Source of the DNA: Ptychomitrium polyphyllum
Lineage: Eukaryota
DNA: 64,000 nt
Direction of reading: 5' to 3'
Assembly: GCA_973851085.1 (NCBI GenBank)
Contig: OZ316775.1
Location: 5,890,001 to 5,954,000, forward strand
Translations under genes and position numbers: made by a program
Notes under the pieces: generated by a model
Database searches by the model: none
Seen by the model: only the letters and a program-made list of their open reading frames with translations
Told to the model about the DNA's origin: nothing
Shown here: positions 1 through 12,680 of the stretch, one piece after another
Layout: each line of letters opens with the position of its first letter
How positions within the stretch are numbered: the stretch's first letter is position 1

Positions 1-839
1 CCCATCATTTTAGGACTTTCTTGGTTCAAAAAGTACAATCCGCAGATAGATTGGACATCCTGCAAAATAGCATTTTCATCATTAAAACCTAGAACTACTA
101 AACCTAAAGAAGAAATTGAAGCATCTTATGGATTTAAGCCTATTATTAGGCTAACGGGTATTAAATCTAGTACTACAGGACTTTCTCTACCAACCTCCGC
201 CTATTGATACTACTGGCCATCCTCCAATGGTAACTACTAAATAATAGTAATAGTCTATTAGTTGAGACAAATAGATGTAAATCCACTTTTGTAGGATCTT
301 AAATCTAATACTTAAATCCTGAATCAAGAGAGTTGACCGTATGTTGTATTTGGCCTTATTCTATGAAACATATTATACACTCCATCTTTTGATTCATCTA
401 TGAGTTTTGTCTTTGAATATGTGTTTATATGTAAAATTGTCCATTTTGGCCATTTCTATAGTAGTTTATAGTTTGCTCCTTACTACTACCATGTCTCTTC
501 CATTTAATAACATCAATTATAAATTCATATAAATTATTATTTCTAGATCTATACTCTTTAATAAAGAACTACCAAACATCAGAATACTTGGTAGTTATCA
601 ATCATAATACTAGTGTAGCTAATTTATTTTTCATAAGTAACTCCACTAAAAAACTATCAAGTTATTGATTACTTGGTAGTTACATAATTTAACTGTTATA
701 GACTGTAACAAAGCCCATAAAGCCTCTCTTTATTGGCGCTAGAGCATTTATGAGGGCAGCAAAGACTGCAGCTTCTTTGTTTTGTATGCAACTCCAACGT
801 CCAAAGTTGTGGCTTCATCGTCAATCACTCTAGAAAAGC

Positions 840-1952
840 ATAAGGAGTTCAACGATGTATTCAGAAAAAAAAATGCAGACACCCTACTACAACATCGTCC
901 CTATGACTATGCCATAGACCTCTAAAACAACATTTCAAATAAAATATGGACATTCTGAATATAATGTCCTTCCTTTTGGACTTACCAACATCCTCGCCAT
1001 TTTTCAGCATCTGATGAATGACATATATTAAGAGTACCTTAATGATTTTGTTGTATATTATATAGAAGATATTTTGATTTATTCAAAGAATCTAGAAGAA
1101 TATGAACAACATATCCACATAATCCTACAAAAGCTATATAATGTTGGTTTGTATGCCAAGCTAGAGAAATGCATATTCCACAAACCTCAAGTGGAATTCC
1201 TTAGAGGTATCATCTCCAACAAAGGATTATTAATGGATCCAAAGAAAGCCAAAGTACTCAACCTTTGGATAAGGCTAAAATTGGCTTGTGATGTCCAATA
1301 TTTTTTTGGATTTGTAAACTTCTATAGGATCTTCATCAAGAACTATTCGCAAACAGTTGCACCTCTTACGCAACTAACATGCATGGAAAAGCTTGAGTAG
1401 AAATCCAATGCTAAAGATGCATTCCAAAGTTTGAAACAAGCTTTCACCACAATTCTATTCTAATCCATTTGGATTCCAAACTTTTCAAAGCAATTTTATC
1501 TTGAAACAGATGCTTCCAATATTGCATTAGGAGTAGTTTTGTTACAAACAACAGAAGAAGGAAGATCCCATCCAATTGCATTACATTCCAGAAAAATTTT
1601 AGTTGCAGAAATCAATTACAAAATCCACAACAAAGAACTTCTTGCAATTGTTGATTCTTTTCAAAAATGGCGTTATTTACTTAAGAGTACCGCACATCTA
1701 ATTATTGTATATACAAACCACAAGAATTTGGAACATTTCATGTCAATCTATGTTTTAAATCGCCGCCAAGCTCGTTGAAGTACATCTCTATCTCAATTTG
1801 ATTTTTATATTACATATTTTTCTATAAAAAAGCAAAGACTATTAGATGCTTTTCCAAATGTGTCATATCTTGCGCCAAAGGAACAAGAAAGAGCACACAA
1901 TCAATAAAGAGCAATTTTATTGAAACCTGAACAATTTTGTATACATACAATC
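840..1952 (+). pseudogene. Disrupted reverse transcriptase / RNase H coding region of the chromovirus
   Basis: ORFs 1074-1400 and 1539-1778 match RT and RNase H motifs. Catalytic YxDD reads YIED at 1059-1070. The N-terminal RT segment is missing at ~923. Confidence 0.93.
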
Positions 1953-3870
1953 TGTGAACTAAAATAAGCCACCCTAATTGGCAGCTTATAAAACCCACAC
2001 AAAATTGATAAAATAACTCATTTATTTTTGTTAGAATTCAATTGCATTTGTACTAATGGTCCAACTACTCTGTTATTTCCTTTCAGCAAGTTTAAGTATT
2101 TGAATTATTTGTTATTGATCTAACTCGGAGTTCATCCATCATTGAATTTTCATCCATCATTTTCATCTATTACTTTCATCAATCATTCTTGTCCATCCAC
2201 TTAGATTCATTCATTCAGCTTTCATCCATATTTTAAACCATCCATTAAATGATAAATACCTTCCAACTAAATTTTAATAATGTACCTTAACTTCAATAAT
2301 TTGTAATCAATTCATTAAAATATGATAATGAGCATGCAAAATACTTTGAAAATTTTCAGATTTTAAACTAATAAGATAAAATATTAAATATAAAATACAA
2401 GCACTAAAAAGCCTCAAATTGGCCTCACAGTAGCAAATAATCAAAATACAGTGACCAAACTCAACTATGTACTTTAACTTCAAAAAATTATAAATCACTC
2501 AATACAACTTAGAATTGATTATGCAATATATTTCTAAAAAGCTAAGAGTGCAATCTACAAGGAAAAAATACTGCACTAGAGATTCAAAGGCTTAGAAGCC
2601 CTAATATGGCCTCACAACAGCAAATCGCCGAAATATAATGACCAACTCAATTATGTAATCTAACTTCAAGAAATCATAATTCACTCAATATAACTTGGAA
2701 TTGATCTTGAAACATATTCTAGAAATCCAAGCTTATGATCTATAAGAATAAATTATTAAAACAAATCTGTAAACAACCTAGAAAGCTTGATCTGGATTTG
2801 TTGCCGCGCCTTGGTTGTGATGATGATTTTTTCCACCTCTTGAGCTCTAAGTTGGTGCCTTAATCCTTCAATCTACATCCTCCAAACGTGATCCATGCCT
2901 TCTACAATATTTCTACTTCTTTTATCTTTCAAAATCCTACTTCTAATTTCTTAAGAAAAACCAACTAGTGTATGATAAAAAGAAAGAAAGAGAGAGCCCC
3001 AAGATAAGAGAAGCAAGTGTGGAGTATCACCAAGGGAAGAAGAAGACAATGGCCAGATCCAAATATCAAAGAAGGAAGCCAATTCAAACTGTGGATGGAT
3101 GAAAACCTCCAAAATCCATTAATATGATGATTTTGGCTCTAAAATTCAAAAGAACATTAAAAATTGGTTTAATGGAAAAATAAAATCACATGCATGCTCT
3201 AAATACTAATATTTCTTCATAATAAATTTATAATAAATTCTTGATCCATATTACATTTTAATAAAGCGATTAAAATCACTAAATATTTGAAGTAATTCAA
3301 CTTCGATGAGCAATTTTCTTTAAAACTTGATGAATTTTTTTTAATCCACAGTAAAATACAATATCTACTTGTAACAATTTTTTTACAGACTTTTGAATTA
3401 GGAATCATCCTCCATAAATTTTGGAAGTGATTCAGAAAAAAGAGGGAGCCTAGGAATTCTGATAACTCATGAACCATTGCTTTGATGAAAAAAATAACTT
3501 CAGATTTAGAATCTTAACATGCCAATTAGCCTTAGAAGAAAATTTGAAAATTTTTGGAACTCTTTATGAATTGAAGTGAATTTCTAAGGCATTCTACACT
3601 ACCTTGAGAAAATGAAGGGAATTGGAGAGAAATCAATTAGAGGATCATTTAAATAAGGAAAAATCTTCCATTGAGCTGGAATGATGGATTTTATCAAAAT
3701 TTATGCCAATTTGATTTTTGAAACATGGGAATATTAATTCTTCCGTTATAATTGAATATAACTAATTGAATTGTTGGAAAAGATGGTATTAGAGGGATTC
3801 AATGGAATAAATGGGAAAAATAAGGAAGAATTGAGCATTTTAGTTAGCAAAGTATTTTATAGCGCTCACA
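1953..3870. mobile_element. Solo LTR-like insertion (1918 bp) between RNase H and integrase
   Basis: Begins TGTGA and ends TCACA (inverted termini). Flanked by CAATC (1948-1952) and CAACC (3871-3875), a 5-bp TSD with one mismatch. Non-coding, and the pol sequence resumes after it. Confidence 0.8.
2411..2706. repeat. Imperfect ~110-bp direct repeat (period ~190 bp) inside the solo LTR
   Basis: tggcctcacagtagcaaat...tcactcaatacaacttagaattgat (2411-2520) versus tggcctcacaacagcaaat...tcactcaatataacttggaattgat (2598-2706). Confidence 0.8.
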
Positions 3871-3959
3871 CAACCACCATTTCAACCACCATTTCAATTC
3901 CAATGGTTTCATCATTCTTTGACGAAGTTTGTATAGCATCTATCAATAATCTTCTTGTT

Positions 3960-6525
3960 TTTTATATTAAGCATTGTTCCAACAACCTCCCTGAAGGTGT
4001 ACCAAAGTTCAAATTTAAAGATAACTTTCTATACTTTGAAGAACGTTTATATATTTCTGAAGGACCAACCCACCTTTGAGTATTTCAAATATGTCATGAC
4101 TTTCCTTCAACTATACATTTTGGATTCAACAAGACATTAGAAATTCTTTCTCTTGACTTTTGGTAGTTTCAAATATAAAACAATATTAAGGAGTTTGTAC
4201 TCTTGTATGATACCTGCTCTTGGTCAAAGAATCCTTGACACCGTCCAACCATTACCTGTTGACTTTTTCAACCAATGCCTATTTTAAAGTAATTGTGGTC
4301 CTCTATTTCAATGGATTTCATTACAAATCTTCCATCGTCAAATTTTTTTAATACCATCTTTGTTGTGATAAACCGGTTGAACAAAATGGCACATTTTGTA
4401 CCTTGCAAGAAGATAATTATGGATGAAGAGACTGCCATACTCTTTATTGAATTATGTCTATTTCTACCATGGAATATTTATCAATATTCTATCGGATCAT
4501 GGGCCATAATTTGTATCAAGATTTTGGAAGCTGCTTTTTGAAATCTTTAAGGTCAATATAAAATTTTCTTCTACCTTCTAATTTTAAATAGATTGCCTAA
4601 TAAAGCAAATCAAACATATCTTGGAACAATATTTCAGGTATACCATCAACAAGATGATTGGACTTCCTACTTGATACTGGCTAAATTGCCTACAACAACA
4701 CCACTCATGCTTCCACCCAACAAACGCCATTCTATTCCAACTATAGACATCAAACAAAGATGGATATGTTACAACCTCCCCAATCTAAGAATCTAGCAGC
4801 AAGGGAATTTGCTATAAAGATAGCAAAGTTTCAAGCAACCATAAAGACTCAAATAGAAAGAGCTTAGAAACAATATAATTTGGCAGCAGATGCAACAAAG
4901 AAGGAACAACCTCCCTTCCAAGTAGGTAAATAAGTGTGGCTCTTTCTACACAAAATATGGACCAATCGGCCATGTGTTGCAACCCTTATAATACACCTTA
5001 ACAAATGTCATGGGCGTCAACCCTGTACACCCCCACATGCACATGGTTAACCCCCATTTTCACTCTCCAAGTGCCTCTACCATTTCTCTTAGGATACCCA
5101 ATTGATTGGTAGCCAATGGTTAGGTGCGGACTTCCATTCATGTCCAAGGCCTCATTTGATGTTATTCCCATTCCACACGGCCTAACCGCACTTTATGGTG
5201 TTTCTTCACCACCACTCATGATCCCAATGCGATCCTAAGATCATTCTAGCCATCATGGTGCCGGTGCGAAGACACCACCTCAACTTAGTAGTAACAAGCG
5301 TGTCTTTTTGAACTTACTAGTTCCCTTCGTGAAACCAGTCATCCACTAGCTCACAATGGTATGGGAGTCCCCGTGGTGAAGCCCCAGTACTAGCTCCACC
5401 AACCGGGACTTACCCTTGGTTCCTACCGGGACATTAGAGAAGTGGGGAGAAGGACCAGCCCTCCTTTATAGTACTCTCTATGGAATTCGGCAAGCCCCCT
5501 GGCCCTCTATAGCCGGCTGAACCCCGACACACCCAAAACCTTTGGAAGGCCACCCGATCTTCCTTGGAACTTAACCGCTAGAAGCCTCCGAGACTTCCTG
5601 CGGACCTTCAGGGAGCCATATCTTCCATGTCTAGTATCCAAGTCTATCGAGCGACCACTCTATCGTCATTTGTTCTTTGCGTAGATGCAGATAGACTCCT
5701 CAAACGTCCAATTTGACTTAGTGTTCTGGGAGATATGCCTATTTTAAGGTTTGGGACTCCCGAGGAGTCTCTCCTTAGACTGTCCCAGTCCAATACAGTC
5801 ATAGTCATAATTGCCACAGTCCAGAACAGTCCCTTGGCAATCCCAACTTTGGTATGTCATATCTTTAAGTTCCCTTGTCTGATTTGAGCAATCTTTAGCA
5901 TTCTAGAATCAACTCTTTGTGAGTCCTGCAATGCCTATAATTTCTTCTTCATGGTCCTCGGTCTACATGGGCAAGGATATATCTCCCCTTGGGGTCCTTC
6001 CCTTACTAGGCCTACTCGGTTCTCCTCACTATCAACGCCACAAGTCATGGATTTTACTCCGGGGTCCTCTTTGTGCCCTTAGTGTTGCGGGCACTCCTGA
6101 AAGGGAGGTGCACGACACCATGTGACAAGCTAAACTATTGCAAATTTTGAACCATTTGCAATTGAAAAACAAATCAACTATATTGCATACCATTTGGAAC
6201 TACCAACATCAATGAAAGTACATCCCGTCTTCTATGTTTCATTTTTGGAAACTTATACAGAATCAAGTATTCCTAACAAAGGCAGCTATCACCACTTGTG
6301 GTTAAAATTGATGATCATCTTAAAATTGAAGTGGAAGAAATACTTGATTCATGGATAAGACGTAGAAAACTGGAATACTTGGTCCATTGGCTAGGATATG
6401 ATATCAATGAACGTACATGGAAGCCAACTAACAATCTTGCCAATTCACTAGTAATAGTTTGTAAATTCCATCAACAACATCCATTCAAATCAAAAGTAGC
6501 AATAGAAGGGACAGTGGCTCGATAA
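3960..6525 (+). pseudogene. Disrupted integrase plus C-terminal chromodomain, split by the 4975-6117 insertion
   Basis: KFKFKDNFLYFEERLYI, WSSISMDFITNLPSS, KMAHFVPC, then TNRP|CDKL across the insertion, AYHLELPTSMKVHPVFYVS, and chromodomain EVEEILDSWIRRRKLEYLVHWLGYDINERTW. Confidence 0.92.
4975..6117. mobile_element. Solo LTR (1143 bp) inserted in the integrase C-terminal region
   Basis: TG...CA termini (TGTTGCAACC / GGTGCACGACA) and a perfect 5-bp TSD CCATG at 4970-4974 and 6118-6122. Visibly more GC-rich than the host element. Removing it restores the TNRPCDKL reading. Confidence 0.92.
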
Positions 6526-7075
6526 AAGTGCGTAATCTTGAAGGCTCTTGATGCTTGGATTTTTAAATAAGAAAGAAAGCAACTCCTAGATTATAAGTTT
6601 CCAAAGCCCCACACATGATTTAGAAACTAATTGTTTGTATTTTGATGTTTATGATAGTTTCTGGATAATAGCTTGGTATATTAAATAGGAACAGTCAAGA
6701 TGTATATACCATATCAGTTGTGTCAATTCAACCAAACGGCTTTCATTGATGACCTTGTGTTAAAGAATAGATTGGATCAAGAAGATGTCAAAGGATATCT
6801 AGCAATAGATTGTTGGTGATTGTCTTTGAAATGGAGCCAGCTTACAAATGTTATCAAGAAGGAGTGTTTGAAAGACGCTTTTATAACAAAGATATGGAAG
6901 TTTATGCTTGATCCCAAGTAAAAGGCGTTAGACACTATCGGTGGTTGCAAGGATCTATGAACCATTTGAATTGTGAAAGGCAATTGGATTATGTTGCAAA
7001 TATCATGCAATAAAATTTTGACTTCTTTAGACTTTGAGCACTTGTTGCAACATGTTCCTAAAAGACCTTAGAGCT

Positions 7076-7403
7076 AGAAAAGAGGTGATGTCATGGACAT
7101 ACATATTAGAAGTATTTGGAAATTTTCTTAGAAGGTTTAAGAAGCTTCCAAGGAAGCAACTTGAGGTTATTTGAGCATGAAGCAATATAGTAGAAGCTTA
7201 CAAGACTTGTAATCTTAATATATATAAGAGTTGAGGCTAAAAGGATCTTCAGTTTCAACAACGCATCTCTTGTAGTCTAGCTCAGACCTTCTAGCCTTGT
7301 CATTGTACCTTATTATAGCTCTTTATTTTTAATATATTGGACATATTTTGTTCCACATCCTCAAATCTTGAAGCCTTTTCTTGTCATTATTTTGTTTGTA
7401 ACA
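7076..7403 (+). repeat. Polypurine tract and 3' LTR (~315 bp) of the host chromovirus
   Basis: AGAAAAGAGG (7076-7085) directly precedes TGTCATG (7089). TATATAA at 7221-7227. Ends TGTAACA at 7403. Confidence 0.7.
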
Positions 7404-7419
7404 ATAGTAATTATTGAAT

Positions 7420-8700
7420 GGAATTAGTAATTGGGCACTATGGAGAAGTTGAGAGAAATGTAAATGGGTGTTATTTTCCTTAATTCAAAGGCGTAGAGTA
7501 CTAGGTAGTAGATTCAACAATACTTGATGAAAGAAAGTTTAATTGATTATAGTAGAAGGCAAAAGAAGCGGAAGATTGAAATAGTATAATATGCAAGCTA
7601 AAGTCAAATCATTAAATTGGATTGAGGTTAGTTTTGAAAGAAGTGAGGTCTTTGGATATGGATACAAGGACGATTCATAGAGTCATATATTGCTAAAATT
7701 AAGGAAATTTCTTAATACATATTTAAATTAGGCTATGGTAGATAATATAAGGAAGCACAAAAACAAGGAATTTGAATGTTTTGCATGAAAATTAGAATTA
7801 TCAATTGGAGCTAAAAGATCAAAGGTGAATACTTTGTTGAAAAATTTGTCTTTGGACACCTACAACGTACATATAAGTACAAAAAATATCAAGCTTAAGG
7901 AAGAATTTCTATAAGAAAAATCTATTAAAGGAAATTATTTCTTTTTATATTATTTTAAATATTTTCTTTTTATAAAATTACTAGTTTCCTTTACAACATT
8001 AATTTCTAGTTTAATTTTTTGATTATGTATTAATTTCTTTTTAAAACCTTCTATTTCAGAAGTAGTAATATACTAAGGAAAATTTACCAAGGCCATGTGG
8101 CCTATTAAGAGCATCAATACTTATGAATGGATTCTTTCAAAAGGTTGGTCAAAGAAAACAAGTCATTTCTTTATCTTACTATTTTTTTAAAAATTATTCA
8201 ATATGATAAAAAGTTTGAATGCTAGACTAGGACAAAACATATTTAACAAGAATAATTGAATTTCATATTAAGTTGTATCTTTTTATATCCATAATATGGA
8301 TTTTGAAATAAATTGGATATTTTTGTCATTGAGAGATAAGAGTGTGAATATTATTTTTTCAAATATAAGGTTCTACAAAGGTAGAAATGAAATGATAGGT
8401 GCTAGGGAAAAAAATGCAATTAGTAATGAAGTTGAGATTATATAGAATTAATGTATGGCATCTTCTTCACTATAAAAATTATGCTTTTTAAACTTTGTTT
8501 CAACTTCATTCTTTGGAGATAGTATTTAGAGGTTAAAATCTTCCATCAAAGGTTAAATTTCAAACATAGAATCTTATTTTAAATCTCAAATATTATCCTC
8601 TTTATGCATATTATGATATCTAATTAGTTACATAACATATTTAGTGATGGAAGTAAGTCACCTTCTCCATCAAAAGTGAAAAATCAACAACAAATGATAG
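7420..8700 (-). mobile_element. Possible highly decayed gag/protease remnant of a second gypsy element
   Basis: Weak minus-strand motifs only (FTFDGE near 8670, NFLSSSIVE near 7530). Lies downstream of a minus-oriented LTR-like segment. Confidence 0.3.
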
Positions 8701-10168
8701 TGAAGACATATAGCAATGCCTGCATAAAAACATGTGTCAAATTTGATGATTAGGTGCATTAAGCCATGCATGAAAACAAGGTTTGAATAATAGAATTTTA
8801 TATTTTGAATAATGGAATTATTCTTTGGAAGAAGGTGTTCATAAGAGTCACTTTGCAGTCAAACCAGTGACACAGGCAGCTCTGTCATGCTTCTAAACGA
8901 TTTGGACCTGTGATGAAAAGGAATGCCACTCAAGGCTCAAATGTGGGTCCTCTTCTTGATATTGAAGAAAATTAAGATAAGCACCTGTGTAAAGAGTCTA
9001 CAATTATGATATTTGATAGTGATGCTGCTAAGACTGTGGTCCCAAGCTCTTGGGTGAAGGATATCTTTTAGGCATAGGATAGGGAATAAGGGAAAGCAAC
9101 TTATACTTATTAGCTTCTTATACAATTGGCAACTTCATTTCATTAGTGTCAAAAAATTAGAAATTTTAAATGACATATTGCTTTTCCTTCAGGCCCAAAC
9201 GAATAGAAATGTGACACACGGTACTTCTTATAAAAGTATTATTTTAGGACAAATTTGATCTTTACCTTTGGTATACAGCAAAAGCCAGCCATATGTTGTG
9301 ACAACTTCACAAAATATTACATTAAGACTGAGTAGTTGTGCCTGTCACAATATCATAATATGACTTCCCCAGCTATGAATAAACCTATTCATGGATGAAA
9401 ATCAAGTTTGTGAATGCATGAGATGACTTATTGGATGAAACTTTTACCCAGCGTCCTTGATGTTGCCTTGATTAACCTTCCATGTGATTCAAAGTTGTGG
9501 ATTTCCATGTAATGATGAACCAGTACCTAACCGCCCAAAAACTGAAGCCTCCATTTGGCTCTTGGAATTTGAAGGAAAATAACCAAATGAAATCATGTTT
9601 GCAGTTGGAGTGTCTTCACTGAAAATGTCCTACAAGAGCTGCCACATGCAGACTAATAGTACAAGATCAAAGTAAATACAGTGGTGATGCTGGTCTTTCC
9701 AGATAGCTCTTGCTCCCTAAGGGCCACTCCCCATGAATGACCCCATCCTCCCTTTGAGAGAAGGTGACTCAATCTGTGAAATCAGCAGGAGTCTTCACTT
9801 CTTCCCATGTTCAGTCCTAGATCACAATCCAATCTCCATATCCATATAAAAGTACCTTTTTAATAATGAAAATGTGATCTGAAGTTGTTCAAAAGTGTGA
9901 AGAACATTAAATTGTAGTTCAAGATGATCCTAAGAAGGAAGGTAGAAATAGGGTAAATCCATCTTTAAATTAAAAAGGAGATGGTACATTCTTCCATTAG
10001 AACCTCAAGGCTACTTTATCACTCTTTAATATGGGTTTAAAGAATTTATTAATCTCTAATTACTACAAAATCATGATAATATGGAACATATTTTAGAATT
10101 CTTTTAACTTTACATTTTTCTAAAGCATAAATTCATTTGACATCTCATCTTCTTCTGTATTTTACTTA

Positions 10169-10530
10169 TATTAGGGACATAAGAAACAAGAAACTAAACA
10201 AGAAGCGATCTTTAAGAACTAGCCTCCCAAGGGCTAATGAATAACAAGAGTTTGATATAAGAACTAGTATAAGATCATTATGGATATGCTCCACAATTTG
10301 TGGTTCCAAGATTGAGGTGTACCTTATTTTGCCACCTATTTATACTAAAGTCCACGCTTCCAAAAGTACTTCTAAAGAACTTCTAATGAAGAATAAGAAA
10401 GTTTTAGAAGTCAAATAATTCTTCTTAAGAAGATTTCTAAAAAGGTAGAGAATTATGAAATTTTTCCAAGAAGTTTTTAAGAAGCTATTAGAAGGTTTTA
10501 GAAAGTATTACATAGTATATGCTTGTAACA
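10169..10530 (-). mobile_element. LTR-like remnant (~360 bp), minus orientation
   Basis: The minus strand starts TGTTACA, has AGAAG/CTTCT-rich runs like the 7089-7403 LTR, and a TATAAATA box (plus-strand TATTTATA 10337-10344). The other terminus is degenerate. Confidence 0.5.
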
Positions 10531-12475
10531 ACTTATACTTATAATTTCATCATATATTTTAATATGACAAAGTTTCTTCCATATTTATCCATCTCACCTA
10601 GTTTCTGAAGTTGCAAGTAATCTTTTAACAAATGAGAATACAAACTTAAAATTTTGAATGACAGAAAAAAGCAAATTTATAAATGATTTTGTTGTGCCAA
10701 ATTTGGCAGAGTGACTTATTTAGTTACTAATGTTATTTTTTATTTTTTTTTACTTCAATTAATGGAATTTCATTATATTCTACAACTATTGAAGCAATTC
10801 ACCATTGCCTTTCAAAAGTTGTAATTCAAAATAAATAATAGTAAGGGCATGTAGTAATGAATGCATAAAGACTTAAGCCTAGATTGCTTAATTTGTGGAC
10901 AAGTACCCTCAATTTTCAAAAGAAAAAGGTCTTGATGATCAAATTTTACTTTTGATATATGGAATTAAAATAAAATAACTTGTCATCATTGGAAACCATG
11001 ACCATCAACTACTAAAAGCCTAAAAACCACTTCATGCATTACCATCATTGGCGATTTTGGATTGATAAATGGTGGTCATAGGTCAAAATTAAGTGCTAAT
11101 GAAATAATGGAGTAATGATAATGGGAAGGAAATTCAAACTCATATTAATATAAAGAGGAAAAATGTAATGAACATATACTTAATGCATAGTGGTTGTAGA
11201 CTGGAATTTGAGTGATTATACATTTATTGAGTGGGGAAACTAGGTGGCTAATGGAGTGTTCCACCTTATCTCTTAAAAAGAGGGTGGTCAGAGAGTGGCT
11301 GAAGAAGGTTATGTTACTCCACAGCAGATTGTGAGTGAAGATTCGTTTTTGAAACCAAAGACCTTGGTAACTGTGTTCTATGTAACCTGGCTCCAAGCCA
11401 CATTATTGATAGTGATAAGACACAAGCCTTGATATCCACCTAAAAGAATATTGCAGAAATTTTTTAATTAGTTATTGAGTTGAAAGTCATTCAGACATTC
11501 TGAGTAGTTAAGTCATGGATAGCAAAAGGGAAGCTCATTTTATGTCAATGATTTGAATACTGAAGTCAGAAGTTCGTTTGGAGCTTATGTCTGACCTCAT
11601 AGTGCTGTTTCAACTTCTTCTTTGTTCTTTTTCTTCCTTCTTCTGAACGATTATGCGATTGAGCAGGACTCAGGAGGAGGTTGGAAGTTTAATTGAACAG
11701 GAATGGATCTGGGAGTCAAGAAATATTCATAATGCATTGTTGACATTGTAACCTATATCTCAAGTACATCACTCTGGTGTTAGATGGTTTCTGTCTTTAC
11801 TCTTGTCTGTGCCTGAGTTACGTGTATAAATTGTGAGATGATCCATGTCTCTGCATTTGTCTACTTCTCATATATGCAAATTATAATTGCACAGCTGTGC
11901 TGGAAAAGAAATCCACCCCAGGTCAAAACTTGTCAACCATGGCTGTCCTTCAGCAAACCACAAATTTATCAAAGAAGTTTACTGTAAGTACCTACGTCAC
12001 AACCCCATCGTGGACGAGGTGCCCAATAACATGACGTGGGATGGACTTCAACAACAAAGAAGAACAAATCCAGTGTACTACAAATGGCAGTGATAGGCTT
12101 GGCAGTCAATGCTCCAATTGCTGCTGTCCACAAGTGATCCATCAGTTCATACATGGATCATATCCCTCACTCCATACTTAGTCATAAGTCTGTATACCTA
12201 CAAATTGTACCGTCACTGGCTCACCATCACAAAACTTGAAATTCAACTCACACAGAACCCAAAAAACTTATAGGGTACTTTGAAAGCACTACCCATTCAA
12301 ATCTTCCTTGTAAGGTTATTATTTGCTTTCAAATTTCAGCTTATGCCAAACTTTATAACAAGAAGAAATCACAAAGACATGAGCTTCATAAGGTACATGC
12401 CTTACATATGTTCTTTATAATATTATAGTCATTCATAACATAGTATAAAGAGGTGCATATCAATATGGCTTTATC

Positions 12476-12680
12476 TAGATCTAAAATATTTAGTATATTT
12501 TGGGCTGCCAAATTTCTAAAGAGTTACTTCCGTCTTAATGGATTTATAGCTTCAAGTTTTGAGTGTCAATATTAGCATCCTCATGATGCTAATGTTCAAA
12601 ATTTAAAACCATAAATTCATTGTAATTGGGAGGTCTTTCCATCTATTAGTGGTCCAAATTTAGTGAAAGATTTGGATTTA
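12476..12680. repeat. Degenerate ~200-bp foldback (MITE-like) inverted repeat
   Basis: Centre ATTAGCATC-ctcat-GATGCTAAT. The arms continue imperfectly (aatggatttatagcttcaagttttga / tcaaaatttaaaaccataaattcatt, and tattttgggc / gtccaaattta). Confidence 0.55.

Larger units (their letters stand above)
1..7403 (+). mobile_element. Degenerate Ty3/gypsy LTR retrotransposon (chromovirus), 5'-truncated by the window edge, with two nested solo LTRs
   Basis: Domain order is protease end (PIILGLSWFKKYNPQIDW at 1-54), then [22 protein letters not shown] ([19 protein letters not shown] for YxDD, KLEKCIF), RNase H (ETDAS, NYKIHNKELLAIV, YTNHKNL), integrase (WSSISMDFITNLP) and chromodomain, followed by PPT and LTR. 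Many stops and frameshifts. Confidence 0.95.
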
